A stretch of 64,000 nt of DNA from the human T2T-CHM13v2.0 reference genome, Homo sapiens. The stretch lies in the NCBI RefSeq assembly GCF_009914755.1, contig NC_060930.1, one strand, 5' to 3'. Made by a program: the position numbers and the translations under genes. Positions 59,863-64,000 of the stretch are shown here, piece by piece. Within the stretch, counting starts at the first letter, position 1. Each line of letters begins with the position of its first letter. Under the pieces are notes generated by a model. That model worked only from the letters and a program-made list of their open reading frames with translations, ran no database searches and had not been told where the DNA came from.

Positions 59863-59880
59863 AACCTTCACTCAGAAGAA

Positions 59881-59938
59881 ATGCTGTGGCCCTTCCCTTT
59901 ACCAACAGAAAATGGAACACAAGAGACCACATAGCTGA
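59881..59938 (+). promoter_or_regulatory. Two overlapping upstream ORFs in the HTR1E 5' UTR (59881-59934, MLWPFPLPTENGTQETT*; 59912-59938, MEHKRPHS*)
   Basis: ATGs read directly; the second has strong Kozak context (A at -3, G at +4); both stop >100 nt before the main ATG. Confidence 0.6.
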
Positions 59939-60046
59939 ACAAATTATAGCCTCCTTACAAGTGAGAAACCTTCGAGGCTACATAGTTTTCAGCCAAAGGA
60001 AAATAACCAACAGCTTCTCCACAGTGTAGACTGAAACAAGGGAAAC

Positions 60047-61144
60047 ATGAACATCACAAACTGTACCACAGAGGCCAGCATGGCTATAAGACCCAAGACC
60101 ATCACTGAGAAGATGCTCATTTGCATGACTCTGGTGGTCATCACCACCCTCACCACGTTGCTGAACTTGGCTGTGATCATGGCTATTGGCACCACCAAGA
60201 AGCTCCACCAGCCTGCCAACTACCTAATCTGTTCTCTGGCCGTGACGGACCTCCTGGTGGCAGTGCTCGTCATGCCCCTGAGCATCATCTACATTGTCAT
60301 GGATCGCTGGAAGCTTGGGTACTTCCTCTGTGAGGTGTGGCTGAGTGTGGACATGACCTGCTGCACCTGCTCCATCCTCCACCTCTGTGTCATTGCCCTG
60401 GACAGGTACTGGGCCATCACCAATGCTATTGAATACGCCAGGAAGAGGACGGCCAAGAGGGCCGCGCTGATGATCCTTACCGTCTGGACCATCTCCATTT
60501 TCATCTCCATGCCCCCTCTGTTCTGGAGAAGCCACCGCCGCCTAAGCCCTCCCCCTAGTCAGTGCACCATCCAGCACGACCATGTTATCTACACCATTTA
60601 CTCCACGCTGGGTGCGTTTTATATCCCCTTGACTTTGATACTGATTCTCTATTACCGGATTTACCACGCGGCCAAGAGCCTTTACCAGAAAAGGGGATCA
60701 AGTCGGCACTTAAGCAACAGAAGCACAGATAGCCAGAATTCTTTTGCAAGTTGTAAACTTACACAGACTTTCTGTGTGTCTGACTTCTCCACCTCAGACC
60801 CTACCACAGAGTTTGAAAAGTTCCATGCCTCCATCAGGATCCCCCCCTTCGACAATGATCTAGATCACCCAGGAGAACGTCAGCAGATCTCTAGCACCAG
60901 GGAACGGAAGGCAGCACGCATCCTGGGGCTGATTCTGGGTGCATTCATTTTATCCTGGCTGCCATTTTTCATCAAAGAGTTGATTGTGGGTCTGAGCATC
61001 TACACCGTGTCCTCGGAAGTGGCCGACTTTCTGACGTGGCTCGGTTATGTGAATTCTCTGATCAACCCTCTGCTCTATACGAGTTTTAATGAAGACTTTA
61101 AGCTGGCTTTTAAAAAGCTCATTAGATGCCGAGAGCATACTTAG
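60047..61144 (+). CDS. HTR1E: 5-hydroxytryptamine receptor 1E (class A aminergic GPCR), 365 aa, intronless CDS
   Basis: ORF MNITNCTTEASMAIRPKTITEKML...RCREHT. It has 7 hydrophobic segments, TM3 Asp (SVDMTCC), DRY, SWLPFF in TM6, NPLLY in TM7 and N-glycosylation sequons at N2/N5. Recognised as human 5-HT1E. Confidence 0.99.
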   Translation: MNITNCTTEASMAIRPKTITEKMLICMTLVVITTLTTLLNLAVIMAIGTTKKLHQPANYLICSLAVTDLLVAVLVMPLSIIYIVMDRWKLGYFLCEVWLSVDMTCCTCSILHLCVIALDRYWAITNAIEYARKRTAKRAALMILTVWTISIFISMPPLFWRSHRRLSPPPSQCTIQHDHVIYTIYSTLGAFYIPLTLILILYYRIYHAAKSLYQKRGSSRHLSNRSTDSQNSFASCKLTQTFCVSDFSTSDPTTEFEKFHASIRIPPFDNDLDHPGERQQISSTRERKAARILGLILGAFILSWLPFFIKELIVGLSIYTVSSEVADFLTWLGYVNSLINPLLYTSFNEDFKLAFKKLIRCREHT

Positions 61145-61367
61145 ACTGTAAAAAGCTAAAAGGCACGACTTTTTCCAGAGCCTCATGAGTGGATGGGGGT
61201 AAGGGGTGCAACTTATTAATTCTTGAACATACTTGGTTCAGGAGAGTTTGTAAGTATGTGTGGTCTTGTTTCCTTGTTTGTTTGTTTGTTTTGTTCTGTT
61301 TTGTTTGAGGATTGTTATTTGGCGTGCTGTTTTCTACCTCTGGTCTTATCTGTGATACATAATTTCA

Positions 61368-61373
61368 AATAAA
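61368..61373 (+). terminator. Candidate polyadenylation signal AATAAA of HTR1E (further AATAAA at 61762 and ~61799)
   Basis: First canonical hexamer, ~225 nt after the stop codon. Confidence 0.55.
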
Positions 61374-62111
61374 CATTATCATACAAAAACAGAAATTTTG
61401 TAGAAGTAATAATAAGATGAAATACTAAATACCTTTTATGGGTTTTTTTTTTTTAGCCATTTCAGTTACCCTGCAATTAAAGAATGCCAAAAATATCTTT
61501 ATTTGCAGAATTTCTTATTACTTATAAATTAAATACCTGATAATGCCCTCCATGGCATTAAATCTGAGATTATGGCTCTATCTGCGTACATATTCCAGTG
61601 GGAATTGCATGACTACATAAAGAATTAAAAGAAAGTGATGTGCTGTCATCTACTGCTTGCAGACCTGAGCTAAAGTCGTTTGCTGTAGCACTGTGACTAC
61701 ATAGCCTATTCATTTCAGGTAAAAATAGTACAGCTGGCTTGTCCTTTTTAGTTCATGATTAAATAAACTTCCTCTTTTTCTAAAATGGAAATACCTGGAA
61801 TAAATGCACTGGCACTTTTCTATGTCTTTTACTATGAATATAAAACATAAAGCAAATAACAAGTCATCTAAATCTACTTTGGTCAGTGTGTTGCAATATT
61901 ACCTGACAGACACATTGGGCCTCCTCCAATTCTAAAATCTATCCCAGCTAAGCCACCCATATACACTTTCACTGTAGCAGGACAAAGGTAGGAGTACATG
62001 TCAAATTTGGGAAACTTTTTAAGAAGCTTAATGAGGTGCAGTGATCAAATGACAGAATATATTATCTGAAGAACTTCATTGGAGACTATTACTCATTAAA
62101 TTACCAGTTGC

Positions 62112-62406
<295 letters not shown>

Positions 62407-62739
62407 AAATTACCAGTTGTGCTCTTGGGGAAAAAAAGTAAAAGTTGAAAAACTGTGTTTACACCAAAGGCCACTCATCAGGATATGAGAATGAAATTGC
62501 GTCTCCCAGAATCCCTGTGGCTTCTGTGCCAGACTGTACCCTGGGGCCAGGAGGCTGCAGGTGGGACCTGAAGCCCTGGGTGTGGCCTGAGAAGGAGTGA
62601 TTGCTCTAGTCACATGGAGGAGTACACCATTACAAAATCAAGAGTGATGGTAGGAGGACTGAAAGTTTGTACATTCTTGCATACTCCTAAGTAGGTGACC
62701 GTTCTCAACCTCTGCTCCTAGTCTGTCATCCACAGCCTC

Positions 62740-63820
62740 TCCCCATCTCTTCACTCTTCTTTGTAGGGAGAAGACATTGATTTGCCTCCTTTCCACCTCC
62801 GTGTTTTTAGTCCTTCAATCTAACCCCTCTCAACGTTTCTAGAATCTTGCTTCTTACACCCAACCTCCCTCTGCAACTTCCTTTCTCCCTCCCCATCCCA
62901 ACACTTTTCCTCCTCATTCCTCTTTAATCTCACCTATTACTTTGCTCAAGTCCCTTGGACACAAAAATCAACTTCCTCTGGCCCTACTTCCCCATCAAGC
63001 TCCTACTTCATCTCTCCCTTAACTCCCTTACCTGGGTTTCTCCAATCATTAATCCACTCATTCTGCCTCCACTTTTCACCTTCCACTGACTTTTCTATCC
63101 TTTTCCATCTGAGTATGCCCTAGTTCTCCCCAAACTTATCTCCCAAAGGTCATTGGAGACTTGCCCATAGTCCTTCTCTGCATCTCTACCTGTCATTTTC
63201 TCATGAGTTACAACAGCTAACCATCCCTTTCATGTTTAAGCCCATACCTTCCAGGATATTTTGCTCTCCTGGTTCTCCAACTAACTCCTCATCTATTCTT
63301 TGTCTCCTTTCCTTCCTCCTGAGGTTTTGTCCTCAGCAATCACCTCCTATATCTCCATATTCCATCCCAACTTCGGCCATTTCAACAATTAGTTTCATGC
63401 CTGTGGCTCCTAAATTTGTGACTTTAGTCCTGATCTTTCTCTTTCTCAAACTGCAGACCCATGAGTTACATCTGGTGAGCCTCTCCCTATGAATATTTCT
63501 TTAGTACCTCAAACACAGCCTTTCTATACTGAACTCAAGATAATTTTCCCACACTCAAGCCTTCTCCTCTTTCTACCTTCTCAGTCTCAGATAACAGAAT
63601 TACCATGCTTTTTATCATTCCTATTAGATGAATGTAATTCTCTCTCTTTGCCTCAGGTCTCCAACATCCAGATAGTCCTGAAGTCTTGTCCATTTACCTC
63701 ACAGAAACATGTGTTTAGGCCACTTGCTCTCCAATAAGTTGGTCCTCTCCCCTAGATCAAATGTTATTTGATCCACCTGCCTCTGGATTCTCCCACCTGC
63801 AACTCGGCCCCCACACATCT
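62740..63820. mobile_element. Degenerate L2 LINE
   Basis: CT-rich sequence with L2-like motifs (AAACTGCAGACCC..., TACCTCAAACACAGC, ACTGAACTC). Confidence 0.55.
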
Positions 63821-63822
63821 CC

Positions 63823-64000
63823 CAGTGTGAGTTTCTCACTGAGGCATCTCCAGACTAGCAGCATTAGCAGCACCTGAGAATTTGTTAGAAATGCAAAGTC
63901 AAGGGCCCCATTCAAGACCTACTGAATCAAAAACTAAGAGTGGAGCCCATTAATCTCTGTTTTAAGAAGCCATCCAGGAGATTCTGATACAAGCTAAAGT
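63823..64000. mobile_element. MER5A hAT MITE (runs off the window)
   Basis: GCAGCATTAGCAGCACCTGAGAATTTGTTAGAAATGCA...AGACCTACTGAATCA. Confidence 0.8.

Noticed and set aside
59978-61186. Antisense and alternative-frame ORFs overlapping HTR1E
   Set aside because: Short, and expected from the codon bias of the real CDS

Overview
Primate, almost certainly human, genomic DNA: a repeat-rich region ending in the intronless coding exon of the serotonin receptor HTR1E (CDS 60047-61144, + strand). The upstream ~60 kb is inferred to be the long 5'-UTR intron of HTR1E, with the exon acceptor at 59861/59862. It contains a processed RPL7 pseudogene (+) and a 5'-truncated MTHFD2 retrocopy (-) that the ORF track misses. 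It also holds many Alu, L1, LTR and DNA-transposon fossils, an LTR12 solo LTR with a CCAAT array, and a human-specific SVA_F1 (MAST2 exon 1 fused to SVA, perfect 18-bp TSD) lying antisense 4.3 kb upstream of the coding exon. The least ordinary pattern is a set of local templated insertions: short segments copied from 0.6-1.8 kb away into other elements (8014, 35352, 37888, 45007), plus micro-scale serial and inverted duplications. I found no convincing new protein-coding system; nearly all other ORFs are repeat-derived or chance. Repeat subfamily names are from memory of consensus sequences, not a RepeatMasker run, and boundaries of old elements are approximate.
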